Origin: an uncultured Chitinophagales bacterium | GTDB taxonomy: Bacteria > Bacteroidota > Bacteroidia > Chitinophagales > BACL12 | Assembly: GCA_964638865.1 (NCBI GenBank) | Contig: CAZXBG010000002.1 | Span: 24,427-88,426, forward strand | Reading direction: 5' to 3' | Length of the DNA: 64,000 nt | Part shown: positions 29,426 through 39,346 of the stretch, in pieces | Layout: every line of letters begins with the position of its first letter | Numbering within the stretch: the first letter of the stretch is position 1 | Made by a program: the position numbers and the translations under genes | Notes under the pieces: model-generated | Seen by the model: only the letters and a program-made list of their open reading frames with translations | Told to the model about the DNA's origin: nothing | The model's database searches: none

Positions 29426-30733
29426 ATGCGTTTTTGTCTTATTGTATTGTGCTGTATGAATTATTTTATCAGTTTCGGACAAACTTTTACGAGTTATTTT
29501 GTAGGTGATACCACTGATGTATTAACAAGCCCTACAGCCGGAACTGTTCTAATGGGAGGTGCGAGTGAAAACGACAATGCAATGCGTTGGTTTTTAGAAA
29601 GGGCTGATGGAGGTGATATTCTGGTATTGAGAACAACTGGCGACGGAGGATATAACGACTATTTTTATGATGAACTGGGAATTTCGGTAAATTCCGTTCA
29701 AACTATAGTCTGTAATACAGCCGATGCCTCCCTGGATCCATATTTAGTTGAACAAATTGAAAATGCAGAAGCACTTTGGTTTGCAGGTGGCGACCAATGG
29801 GATTATATTTCCTTTTGGCGGGATACTCCCATTGAAGATGCCATTAACTTTGTTGTAAATGAAAAAAAGATTCCAATAGGGGGAACTAGCGCCGGTTCCG
29901 CTATTATGGGAGAAGCATATTTCTCCGCAGAAAATGGCAGTGCAACATCATCTCAATCGTTAAATGACCCCTTTAATAATTTTATGACGCTTGGGTATGC
30001 CGATTTTATCGAAAATCCGGCAACAGTAAAGATCATTACTGATACACATTACGACAATCCCGACAGACGTGGAAGACAAGTTGCATTTTTAGCGAGACTA
30101 ATGAATGATTACGGACAAACATTTTATGGAATCGCAAGCGAAGAATATACTGCTGTATGTATAGATGAAAATAATATTGCACACGCTTACGGATCGTATC
30201 CTGCAGAAGAAGATTATGTGTACTTTATTCAGGTAAATTGTTTCGAACCTGGTGGACCGGAAGTTTGTGCTGACGGTGAAAAATTAATCTGGGATAGAAA
30301 TGATGCAGCGCTTAAAGTGATCAAAATGGGTGCTGATAATATTGGTTCCGGATCTTTGGACCTTAATGACTGGAAAACTGCTACCGGAGATGATTATCAC
30401 TGGGAAAACTGGTGGGTGGAGGATGGTGAATTGAATGTGTTATCTGATGCAACAGCAATTGATTGCACTGTTGCAAATGAGGAATTTTTTTCGGAAAATG
30501 AATTGATAGCAATTTATCCAAATCCTGCGACTAATAAAATAACAATTGAATATTCAGATAATGCTGAAACGAGTCATTATCAATTAATCGATTTGAATGG
30601 CAAAATTGTACGTAATGGTGTTTTGTTGGGCAACAAAACAACAATTGATCTCGAACAATTATCACACTCAATATATTCCTTAAGAATTATTAATTCGGAA
30701 ATAATTTCCATAAAAATTGTAATTATAAATTAA
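29426..30733 (+). CDS. Secreted S51 peptidase (cyanophycinase-like) with T9SS type A C-terminal domain
   Basis: Signal peptide from MRFCLIVLCC. WFAGGDQWDY and IGGTSAGSAIMG (Ser nucleophile context of cyanophycinase/PepE family). IYPNPATNKITI CTD. Confidence 0.72.
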   Translation: MRFCLIVLCCMNYFISFGQTFTSYFVGDTTDVLTSPTAGTVLMGGASENDNAMRWFLERADGGDILVLRTTGDGGYNDYFYDELGISVNSVQTIVCNTADASLDPYLVEQIENAEALWFAGGDQWDYISFWRDTPIEDAINFVVNEKKIPIGGTSAGSAIMGEAYFSAENGSATSSQSLNDPFNNFMTLGYADFIENPATVKIITDTHYDNPDRRGRQVAFLARLMNDYGQTFYGIASEEYTAVCIDENNIAHAYGSYPAEEDYVYFIQVNCFEPGGPEVCADGEKLIWDRNDAALKVIKMGADNIGSGSLDLNDWKTATGDDYHWENWWVEDGELNVLSDATAIDCTVANEEFFSENELIAIYPNPATNKITIEYSDNAETSHYQLIDLNGKIVRNGVLLGNKTTIDLEQLSHSIYSLRIINSEIISIKIVIIN

Positions 30734-30764
30734 ATTGAAATAATTAACAGGGAGCTTTTTTAAT

Positions 30765-32003
30765 TCAATAAATAAGCGTCACATATCCTTTTTTACTTTC
30801 CTGTTTTTCTGTAATATTTGTAGAGTATTCGAGAATGTATAAATATACACCTATCTCTGCCGCAAGACCATTAATTTTCCCATCCCAACCTGCAGAAGCA
30901 TCATTACTTTCAAAAACTTTTATTCCCCATCTGTGGTAAATATCGAATCGCTTCACGGTAATATTTTCTTCTGTGATTCTAAACCTATCGTTTATACCGT
31001 CTTCATTTGGTGAAAATGCATTTGGAATCATAAATATTTCCGGACAATCTTCCTTGAAATGAATATTTATTTTAAGAGTATCTGTTACACATCCGTTTTG
31101 CACTAAAACTGTGTAAGAACCCTCTATCGATAAGGTTTTTAGTGGATTTGAGGTCCCGTCGTTCCAGGTATATTGAGGTGTAATATTCTGAGGTTCCAGT
31201 ATTAATTCCGCTGCATTAATAAGAACTTTACTTCCTTTACAAATAGTAGTATCAAATACCACTGTTTGCACCTCAAGTTGTTGCAGCAATATATTATCAA
31301 TATATAAATAGGCTGTTTTATTGCCGCCGCTCTCACTAAAGCAAGGTGAAAAATCATCACTATAACTATTTCCAATGGTAATAAATTTTTCTTCACCTGT
31401 CGCGATAAAACACGTATAAATTTTTTCCCACTGTGTTATCGAATCAAAATAATTTTCGGGATCGCTACAGATGGTGTGAATAATACCGGCAGGTTCCATA
31501 AGAATACTATTTGTAGTATAATCAGAAATAAATTCGGAGGATATGTATGCACATACGGTTTTGGGTTTACAGGAACTTAAATCAGAAACATTGGCGTAAA
31601 ATGTTAGTGTGTAGGGCATTCCTGCAATAAGTGTTGATTTAAATTCTGTTTCAAGGTATTCTCTGTAAATAGAACCGCCTGTTTGGGCCACAAAAATTCC
31701 GGCATAAGCATTTCCGGATTGCGCTTCCTGAAATCCCATAAAATTGTATGGCACAGAAACCGTATTGGTTGTATCGCAAATATTAAAATAATCGGATGTA
31801 GCTGCAGTTGGGTCAAACCAATTTTCTGCATACGTAAGTTGCGAAGTTGCAAAGGGACAATTGGAATAAATTTCAAAATCGCCGTTTTCAATTAAATTTT
31901 GTCCGAATAAGGGTGTTATATAAGTTAATACGGAAAAACAAATATATTGCCTGGTCCATTTTTGAATAGAAAGAATAAATAATTTGGTAGATATGAAATG
32001 CAT
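30765..32003 (-). CDS. Gliding-motility-associated C-terminal domain (T9SS type B) protein
   Basis: The C-terminal ..IPNAFSPNEDGINDRF..GWDGK..G.YLY.. motif defines the type B sorting domain. Confidence 0.8.
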   Translation of the reverse strand: MHFISTKLFILSIQKWTRQYICFSVLTYITPLFGQNLIENGDFEIYSNCPFATSQLTYAENWFDPTAATSDYFNICDTTNTVSVPYNFMGFQEAQSGNAYAGIFVAQTGGSIYREYLETEFKSTLIAGMPYTLTFYANVSDLSSCKPKTVCAYISSEFISDYTTNSILMEPAGIIHTICSDPENYFDSITQWEKIYTCFIATGEEKFITIGNSYSDDFSPCFSESGGNKTAYLYIDNILLQQLEVQTVVFDTTICKGSKVLINAAELILEPQNITPQYTWNDGTSNPLKTLSIEGSYTVLVQNGCVTDTLKINIHFKEDCPEIFMIPNAFSPNEDGINDRFRITEENITVKRFDIYHRWGIKVFESNDASAGWDGKINGLAAEIGVYLYILEYSTNITEKQESKKGYVTLIY

Positions 32004-32127
32004 ATCGAGGGCTTATTTGTAAACTTAGGGCAATTATTGCCGGAAATGACAAATTAAATTTTTATTCCGGTAAAAATTATGTCACAAACAGGTTTTTCAA
32101 ACAAAGCAAAATCGCTATCTTTAGCCC

Positions 32128-33942
32128 GTGCAAAGTTTTGTAGTATCGGCAAGGAAATATCGGCCAGCTTCCTGGGATGATGTGATTGGGCAGGATCAGG
32201 TGGTGACAACCCTTAAAAACGCCATCAAAAACAACCATTTGGCGCAATCCTTTTTGTTTTGTGGTCCCCGCGGAGTGGGCAAAACTACCTGTGCCCGTAT
32301 CATGGCAAAAACCATCAATTGCGAAAATATCACCTCGGATGGGGAGGCTTGTAATGTTTGCGGCAGTTGCACTTCCTTTAACGAAAACGCCTCTTTTAAT
32401 ATTCATGAAATTGATGCCGCTTCCAATAGTTCGGTGGAGGATATTCGCAGTTTGGTAGAACAAGTGAGATATGCACCGGCGTCAGGAAAGTATAAGATCT
32501 ATATTGTAGATGAGGTTCACATGCTGAGTTCAAGTGCATTTAATGCATTTCTCAAAACATTGGAGGAGCCACCATCCTATGTAAAATTTATACTTGCAAC
32601 TACGGAAAAACACAGGATCATTCCAACTATTTTAAGTCGCTGCCAAATCTTTGATTTTAACAGGATCAAGATTAAACACATGACTAAACAACTGGAGATC
32701 ATTTGCAAAAATGAAGAAGTTGATTGTGAGGAAGAAGCTATGCACCTCATTGCTCAAAAGGCCGATGGAGCCATGCGCGATGCACTTAGTATTTTTGATC
32801 GAATTACCAGTTTCTCCGGAAAAAAGATCACTGCAAAAGATGTGATCGAAAATCTGAATATTCTCGATTATGAATATTACTTCAAAATTTCTAATGCTTT
32901 TGTTTCAGAAGATGTTGCCACCTGTTTATTATTATATAATGAAGTAGTGAATAATGGATTTGAAGGAGATACTTTCATCAATGGACTTGCCGAACATTTT
33001 AGAAACCTTTTGATGTGTAAGGATGAACAAACGATCCAATTATTAGAGATAAGTGAAAATCTTATTGAAAGATATAAGGATCAGGCTGCAATAATATCAT
33101 CCTCGTTTTTGTTGACGGGATTAGATGTATTAAATAATGCAGACGTAAATTACCGGACCAGCAAAAACAAAAGATTACATGTGGAGCTGGCCATTTTGAA
33201 ATTGTGTTATATGCATAGTGCAGTTTCCTCCTTATCGGTAGGAAACATGGAAAAAAAAACTCCGCGTCTGACTGAAATAAAACCGGAAAAGCAAAAATTT
33301 GCAAAAGAAATTGAAATAGAGAAATCAGAAATAATTGTTGAGAAAGTTGAATTAATTATAGAAACTGCTGTTGAAAAACTGACAGTTTTACAAGATAGTG
33401 TTCCTCAAATTAAAAAAGTAGTAGTAGAAAACAGCACTGTATTTACGCCAAAGATGGAGGATGGAGAAACAGTGATCATTCCCAAAAAGACCGATCTTCG
33501 TCAAGTAATTAAAAAAGAAGATGATCAACGTTTGGCGGAATCGCAAAAGGTAATAGTTCAAGAGGCAGTGCAAACCATTTCACCTGAAATGTTTTTTGTG
33601 GTTTGGAAACAATATGCCGATAAAATCAGAAAGGAACACCATCGCGTAGCCATTATAATGGATCATGCAGAGGTTACTATCAACGAGAGTAACACGATTT
33701 TAATTCGGCTCGACTCTTCCGTTGAAGTAAGTATCATGAAGGAAATGATAAGCGAAATGAGGATCTTTATTAAAGAGGCACTTGAAAACAACCAGTTTGA
33801 AATTGCTTTTGAAGTAGGGGCCGCTAAAAATGAGAGAATAAAAAGACCATATACAACACAGGAAAAATATAAAAAAATGGAGGAATTAAATCCGCTCATT
33901 AAAGATTTAAAAGATACTTTGGGTTTTGAACTTGATTATTAA
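32128..33942 (+). CDS. dnaX: DNA polymerase III subunits gamma/tau
   Basis: SARKYRP.., GPRGVGKTT Walker A, Zn module CENITSDGEACNVCGSC, VDEVHML, SRC motif. GTG start. Confidence 0.92.
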   Translation: MQSFVVSARKYRPASWDDVIGQDQVVTTLKNAIKNNHLAQSFLFCGPRGVGKTTCARIMAKTINCENITSDGEACNVCGSCTSFNENASFNIHEIDAASNSSVEDIRSLVEQVRYAPASGKYKIYIVDEVHMLSSSAFNAFLKTLEEPPSYVKFILATTEKHRIIPTILSRCQIFDFNRIKIKHMTKQLEIICKNEEVDCEEEAMHLIAQKADGAMRDALSIFDRITSFSGKKITAKDVIENLNILDYEYYFKISNAFVSEDVATCLLLYNEVVNNGFEGDTFINGLAEHFRNLLMCKDEQTIQLLEISENLIERYKDQAAIISSSFLLTGLDVLNNADVNYRTSKNKRLHVELAILKLCYMHSAVSSLSVGNMEKKTPRLTEIKPEKQKFAKEIEIEKSEIIVEKVELIIETAVEKLTVLQDSVPQIKKVVVENSTVFTPKMEDGETVIIPKKTDLRQVIKKEDDQRLAESQKVIVQEAVQTISPEMFFVVWKQYADKIRKEHHRVAIIMDHAEVTINESNTILIRLDSSVEVSIMKEMISEMRIFIKEALENNQFEIAFEVGAAKNERIKRPYTTQEKYKKMEELNPLIKDLKDTLGFELDY

Positions 33943-33975
33943 TAACTTCAATTTAAATTTAAAATACGAAATAAA

Positions 33976-36900
33976 ATGAAAAAACGATTGGCACAATTTC
34001 AATTATTAATTGCTTTTCTTTTTGCCGGACAGTTTGTAATCGCACAATCAGGGTCAAGCACCGGCTCTTCGAGTTCCTCCGGTTCATCAGGAACTTCTTC
34101 AAATCCTAACAGTCAACAATCGGCATCAGCAAGTGGTGTGAGCGGCCCGGTAAGAGTGGAATTGGGCGTGAAAGATCCTGTTACCATTTTCAAAGAATCG
34201 AATGGTTCGCCAAACGTAAATGCAACCTTTAAAGCAGAAAAATATCCATTTATTTCAGTTCCGGATGATCCCTCCAAAACGAGAATATATACATTGAAAA
34301 ATGGTCTCACTGTTTATTTATCTCAGAATAAAGCAGAACCACGAATTCAAACATATATCGCAGTTCGGGCAGGGTCAAAAAACGATCCTAAAGAAACTAC
34401 CGGTTTAGCACATTATCTTGAGCATATGATGTTCAAAGGAACAGGCAATATTGGAACTACAAATTGGAGCCGTGAAAGACTTGTGATAGATAATATTTCT
34501 CAATTATATGAAAAACACCGTTTAGAAAAAGATCCGGAAAAGAAAAAGGAGATCTACAAACAAATTGACAACGCAAGTCAGGAAGCGGCAAAATTTGCAG
34601 TGCCAAACGAATATGATAAAATGATAAGTTCTCTTGGTGCAAAAGGCACTAATGCATATACCAGTAAAGAACAAACTGTATATGTAAATGATATTCCAAG
34701 CAACGAAATCGAAAAATGGCTTGTTGTGGAAAGTGAAAGATTTCGCACTTGTGTATTGCGTTTATTTCATACGGAACTAGAAACCGTGTATGAAGAATAT
34801 AATATGGGTCAGGACAGAGATGGAAGTAAAATGTTTGAAGCGTATTATAAGGCATTATTTCCAACGCATCCTTATGGAACACAAACAACTATTGGTGAAG
34901 GTGAACATTTGAAAAATCCTTCTATGGTAAATATCATGGGATATTTTTACACTTTTTATGTTCCGAATAATATGGCAATTTGTTTGAGTGGAGATATTGA
35001 TTATGATAAAACAATTGCCATGATCGACAAATATTTCGGAGTATATGTAAAAAGACCAATTGGTGATCAGAAATTTCCTGTAGAACAACCAATATCTGAA
35101 GTGCAACGACGCGATGTTTATGGATTGGAAGCGGAAACCATGATGATGGGTTACCGTATGCCTGGGGCCAACACTAAGGATAATACCATAGCTAAACTTG
35201 TGGCAGGAATTCTTTATAATCAACAAGCAGGTTTGATAGATCTGGATCTTAATCAACAACAAAAAGTTTTAGATGCAGGTGCCTATTACAGCGAATGGAA
35301 AGAGTATGGAGTATTGACATTATCAGCTGATCCGCGGGAAGGGCAATCACTTGAAGAATGTGAACAGTTATTACTGGCCGAATTAAATAAACTTAAAAAA
35401 GGAGAATTTGATGAATGGCTAATTAAAGCCGTAGTAAATGATTTTAAACTTTCGCGTACAAAATCATTTGAATCGAATGCAGGCAGAGCAAATGCTTTTG
35501 TAAATGTATTTATTAAAAATATCGAATGGGGAACTTATCTCAAGGAATACAATGTGATGGAAAAAGTAACCAAACAGGAAATTATCGATTTTGCAAATAA
35601 ATATTTTACTGCAAATGGATATGTTGTTATAAATAAACGTCAGGGTGAAGATAAAAATGTTAAAAAAGTAGATAAACCAGTTATTACGCCTGTTGAAGCA
35701 AACAGAGATGCACAAAGCGAATTTGTAAAGGGATTTTCCGAATTGCCTTCCACACGCATACAACCTGATTTTATTGATTATGAAAAACGTATAGCAACGC
35801 AGGATCTGGGAAATGGTATTCCTTTTTCCTATATCAGAAACGAAGAAAATGAATTATTCGAATTGTATTATATCCTCGATATGGGTACCGATAATGATGA
35901 CATGATAGGATATGCTATTAATTATTTGCCCTATTTAGGAACAGATAAATACACTGCAGCACAATTGCAGCAGGAATTTTTTAAGTTGGGATTAACCTTT
36001 AATGTTTTCAGCAGCCGCGATCGAGTGTATGTTTCTTTAACAGGTTTGGAAACAAGTTTGGAAAAAGGACTTGAATTGTTCGAACATTTATTAAATTCCG
36101 TTAAACCGGATGCTAAAGCATATAAAGAATTGGTTGAAGGAATTTCAAAAGAACGCGTTGATGCTAAAACAAATAAAAATGCAATATTTAATTCTGCTTT
36201 GTTTGGATATGCGAAATGGGGTTCCGTTTCACCGGTTACAGATATTGTTGCTGAAAACAAATTGAAAAATACCTTACCTCAAGCTCTTGTAGATAAAATT
36301 AAATCGCTGGAAACATATAAACACCGCATATTCTTTTATGGTCGCCAAAATCCGGATGATGTTAAAAATTTAATTGTTAAATATCATAAAACACCGGCTG
36401 CATTGCAGGATTATCCTCAGACGAAACGTTATCCCGAACTCGAAACAAAAACAAATAAAGTATTATTTGTTGATTATGATATGGTGCAGGCGCAGATCAT
36501 GTTCATTGCAAAGGATCAGAATTTTTCTACTCCGCTATTACCTGAAGCCAGGTTATTCAATGAATATTTTGGAAGCGGTTTATCCAGTATTGTTTTCCAG
36601 GAAATTCGCGAAACTAAAGCCTTGGCGTATTCTGCTTACGCAAATTTTACAACACCCAGCAATAAAGATGAAGCACATTATGTTCGCGCATTTGTAGGAA
36701 CTCAGGCTGATAAAATGCAACAAGCTATAGTGGCCATGATGGAAATAATGAATAATATGCCTCAGGCGGAAGAACAATTTAATGCCAGCCTTGATGCAGT
36801 TTCAAAACAAATTGAAAGTGAACGCATTATCCGCTCCGCAATATTCTGGAATTATGAAAATGTTAAGAGAAAAGGTTTAAATCATGATTATCGCCGCGAC

Positions 36901-37080
36901 ATTTATTTGCAGGCAAGAAGTTTGACTCTGGCTGATATGCAGGAATTTTTTGACGATCATATCGCAGACAGAACATTCACAATAATTGTAATGGGTGATA
37001 AGGAAAAACTTGATATGACATACTTGCAAGGTTTGGGTGAATTTACCGAACTAAGCCTGGAGGAGATATTTGGATACTAA
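33976..37080 (+). CDS. M16 (pitrilysin/insulinase) family zinc peptidase, secreted
   Basis: Signal peptide, S/G-rich low-complexity linker, inverted zinc motif HYLEHMMFKGT, about 1030 aa with duplicated M16 halves. Confidence 0.85.
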   Translation: MKKRLAQFQLLIAFLFAGQFVIAQSGSSTGSSSSSGSSGTSSNPNSQQSASASGVSGPVRVELGVKDPVTIFKESNGSPNVNATFKAEKYPFISVPDDPSKTRIYTLKNGLTVYLSQNKAEPRIQTYIAVRAGSKNDPKETTGLAHYLEHMMFKGTGNIGTTNWSRERLVIDNISQLYEKHRLEKDPEKKKEIYKQIDNASQEAAKFAVPNEYDKMISSLGAKGTNAYTSKEQTVYVNDIPSNEIEKWLVVESERFRTCVLRLFHTELETVYEEYNMGQDRDGSKMFEAYYKALFPTHPYGTQTTIGEGEHLKNPSMVNIMGYFYTFYVPNNMAICLSGDIDYDKTIAMIDKYFGVYVKRPIGDQKFPVEQPISEVQRRDVYGLEAETMMMGYRMPGANTKDNTIAKLVAGILYNQQAGLIDLDLNQQQKVLDAGAYYSEWKEYGVLTLSADPREGQSLEECEQLLLAELNKLKKGEFDEWLIKAVVNDFKLSRTKSFESNAGRANAFVNVFIKNIEWGTYLKEYNVMEKVTKQEIIDFANKYFTANGYVVINKRQGEDKNVKKVDKPVITPVEANRDAQSEFVKGFSELPSTRIQPDFIDYEKRIATQDLGNGIPFSYIRNEENELFELYYILDMGTDNDDMIGYAINYLPYLGTDKYTAAQLQQEFFKLGLTFNVFSSRDRVYVSLTGLETSLEKGLELFEHLLNSVKPDAKAYKELVEGISKERVDAKTNKNAIFNSALFGYAKWGSVSPVTDIVAENKLKNTLPQALVDKIKSLETYKHRIFFYGRQNPDDVKNLIVKYHKTPAALQDYPQTKRYPELETKTNKVLFVDYDMVQAQIMFIAKDQNFSTPLLPEARLFNEYFGSGLSSIVFQEIRETKALAYSAYANFTTPSNKDEAHYVRAFVGTQADKMQQAIVAMMEIMNNMPQAEEQFNASLDAVSKQIESERIIRSAIFWNYENVKRKGLNHDYRRDIYLQARSLTLADMQEFFDDHIADRTFTIIVMGDKEKLDMTYLQGLGEFTELSLEEIFGY

Positions 37081-37110
37081 AAATAGAAAAACCAAGTACA
37101 GCATTTAATA

Positions 37111-37145
37111 AGGGGTTATACGTAAATGTATAATCCCTTTTTTTG
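37111..37145 (+). terminator. Rho-independent terminator
   Basis: AGGGGTTATAC-gtaaat-GTATAATCCCT (one G.U pair) followed by TTTTTTT. Confidence 0.75.
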
Positions 37146-37285
37146 TTCAGGTTTTTTTATAGGTTCCTCCAGAATTGAAATGTGTGAATTATGTAACTTT
37201 TACTTATAATTATGTAACAAAAATACTGCATTGCATTGCACCTTTGTTTCACTTAATAATTTACATTAAATAAATAATCATAAGT

Positions 37286-38071
37286 ATGAATAATAGAAAT
37301 TTATTTACAACCATAACAATGATGTTGGTTGTATTGATTGCAGGTTGTGCTAAAACAGAACTCTCAGATATGGCAAACCTAAACTCGCCTGAACCTCAAT
37401 TTGATATAGCAGTTGCAGGTCCGGCACCCGTAAATTTAGGAAGTGCAGGAAAATTTGTTATTCTCACAAAATCGGGAATTACGAATGTTTTTCCTTCCGC
37501 TGTTACCGGTAATATTGGTTCAAGTCCAATAACCGGTGCTGCAATACTTTTGAGTTGTGTTGAAGTTACAGGTTCAATTTTATCGGTAGATGCTGCCGGT
37601 CCACTGCCTTGTAGAATAACAAATCCGAGCAAATTAACGCTTGCGGTAGGCGCAATGCAAACTGCTTATACAGATGCAGCAGGTCGCCCTTCTCCCGATT
37701 TTTTGAATTTAGGTGCAGGAACTATTGGGGGACTCACATTTGCCCCGGGTTTATATAAATGGACAAGTGCAGTTAATATGCCTACCGATATTGCTATTTC
37801 AGGAGGCCCATCCGATGTTTGGATATTTCAAATATCCGGCACCTTAACTGTTTCGTCTGGTGTGAATGTAACTTTAGTTGGTGGTGCCCAAGCCAAAAAT
37901 ATTTTTTGGCAAACAACCGGTGCGGTTACATTAGGAACAACCAGTCACTTTGAAGGTAATATTTTATGCAAAAAAGCGATCAATTTACAAACCGGAGCAA
38001 GTATAAATGGAAGATTATTAGCGCAAACTGCTGTAACGCTGCAAATGAATTCGGTTACCTATCCTTATTAA
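37286..38071 (+). CDS. Ice-binding protein, DUF3494 (IBP-1 fold) family, lipoprotein
   Basis: The LIAGC lipobox, LGSAGKFVILTKSGITNV, SAVTGNIGSSPITGAAI, DAAGRPSPDF, PGLYKW, DVWIFQISGTL, AKNIFWQ and GRLLAQTAVTL all match bacterial DUF3494 ice-binding proteins. Confidence 0.85.
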   Translation: MNNRNLFTTITMMLVVLIAGCAKTELSDMANLNSPEPQFDIAVAGPAPVNLGSAGKFVILTKSGITNVFPSAVTGNIGSSPITGAAILLSCVEVTGSILSVDAAGPLPCRITNPSKLTLAVGAMQTAYTDAAGRPSPDFLNLGAGTIGGLTFAPGLYKWTSAVNMPTDIAISGGPSDVWIFQISGTLTVSSGVNVTLVGGAQAKNIFWQTTGAVTLGTTSHFEGNILCKKAINLQTGASINGRLLAQTAVTLQMNSVTYPY

Positions 38072-38092
38072 ATTAACTCTATTAATAATGAG

Positions 38093-38128
38093 AAAGAGGT
38101 TGTCTGTAAAAGGCAACCTCTTTTTTTT
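38093..38128 (+). terminator. Rho-independent terminator
   Basis: AGAGGTTG-tctgtaaaagg-CAACCTCT followed by T8. Confidence 0.8.
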
Positions 38129-38244
38129 AATAAATAAGTTTTCTTCTTCGGATGGTCAAATAAATAACTTACTATTTTATACAAACAACCAAGGTTCGCC
38201 AAATTCCAGTTAATTTAACCCAGAACTTTGAACCAGTGGAAGTT

Positions 38245-38354
38245 GGCAGTGGCAGTTAGCAGTGGCAGTAGGCAGTGGCAGTAGGCAGTGGGCAGTGGCA
38301 GTTAGCAGTGGGCAGTGGCAGTTAGCAGTGGCAGTAGGCAGTGGCAGTAGGCAG
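38245..38354. repeat. GCAGT-based tandem array (6/7/13-nt units, about 110 bp)
   Basis: Units ggcagtggcagtta / gcagtggcagtag / gcagtgg are repeated with higher-order structure. The same word recurs at 52539-52581. Confidence 0.9.
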
Positions 38355-38378
38355 ATTTGTCAACCCGGAACCCAGAAC

Positions 38379-39293
38379 TCAAACCTCAGAACTCTTTTTT
38401 GCCATTTTTGACCAGGTAATTGCAACTGCGAAACCTGTAACTAGATCCCAAATTCCCCACCAACCGGCTACTACCGCAACACCGCCGAGCATAGGGAAAA
38501 AATTTGCCCAGATTATTAATCCTAAAGTAGCATTGTGAATTCCGGTTTCTATGGTAATGCATTTTTTATCTTTAAAGTCGAGACCAAATGCTGCGGCAAT
38601 TCCATAACCTCCTGCCATTGCCAAGCCATTGTGCAATAACACCAAAATAAAAATAGTGCCGATAATCTGAACAAAAACATCGTAATTACTAATAAAAAGA
38701 AAGATTACAAATCCTAAAAATAAAAAGATGGAAATTTTTTGGATGGGTTTAATAATTTTTGCAGTGAAACCCGGAAATTTATAATTCGTGAACATTCCAA
38801 TCGCTAGAGGTATACCTAAGATAGTGAGAATTTCAATTATTAATTTAACAGTATTAATATTAATGGATTCCATCAGGTTGTGAGTAGGCTCATAAATGTT
38901 TGCACAAATTGCAAAGGTTAATGGCGTCATTAAAGGAGCGAGAATTGTTTGAGTTGCCGTAAGAGTCACCGATAATGCAACATTTCCCTTTGCGAGATGC
39001 GAAAGAAAATTACTCATATTTCCTCCCGGGCAGGAACCTAATAAAAACATACCAAGTGCAATACTTGGACAGGGCTTAAAAATAATAACCAAAGCAAATG
39101 TTAATAGAGGGAGAAATAAATATTGACTTATCAAACCTGCAAATGCTTTGCGTGGTGATTCTGCAATTCGTTTAAAGTCGGCGACCTTTAAACTCAGGGC
39201 AATTCCGAACATTAAAAAAGCCAATAAAAGATTGAGCAAAAACAATTTATCGCTCGCGAAATTCAGTTGTATGCCATCTATTTCTTCACACAT
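38379..39293 (-). CDS. Bile acid:sodium symporter (BASS) family transporter
   Basis: Polytopic. ..LLGSCPGGNMSN.. signature of the BASS/ACR3 fold. Confidence 0.8.
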   Translation of the reverse strand: MCEEIDGIQLNFASDKLFLLNLLLAFLMFGIALSLKVADFKRIAESPRKAFAGLISQYLFLPLLTFALVIIFKPCPSIALGMFLLGSCPGGNMSNFLSHLAKGNVALSVTLTATQTILAPLMTPLTFAICANIYEPTHNLMESININTVKLIIEILTILGIPLAIGMFTNYKFPGFTAKIIKPIQKISIFLFLGFVIFLFISNYDVFVQIIGTIFILVLLHNGLAMAGGYGIAAAFGLDFKDKKCITIETGIHNATLGLIIWANFFPMLGGVAVVAGWWGIWDLVTGFAVAITWSKMAKKSSEV

Positions 39294-39346
39294 ATTGGGT
39301 AGTTTTGAATTGGTAAAAATAGGACAAAAACTTTTTGTCGTCCATT

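Noticed and set aside
38245-38354. The GCAGT array considered as a CRISPR array.
   Set aside because: Units are 6-13 nt and contiguous, with no unique spacers. No cas genes are in the window.
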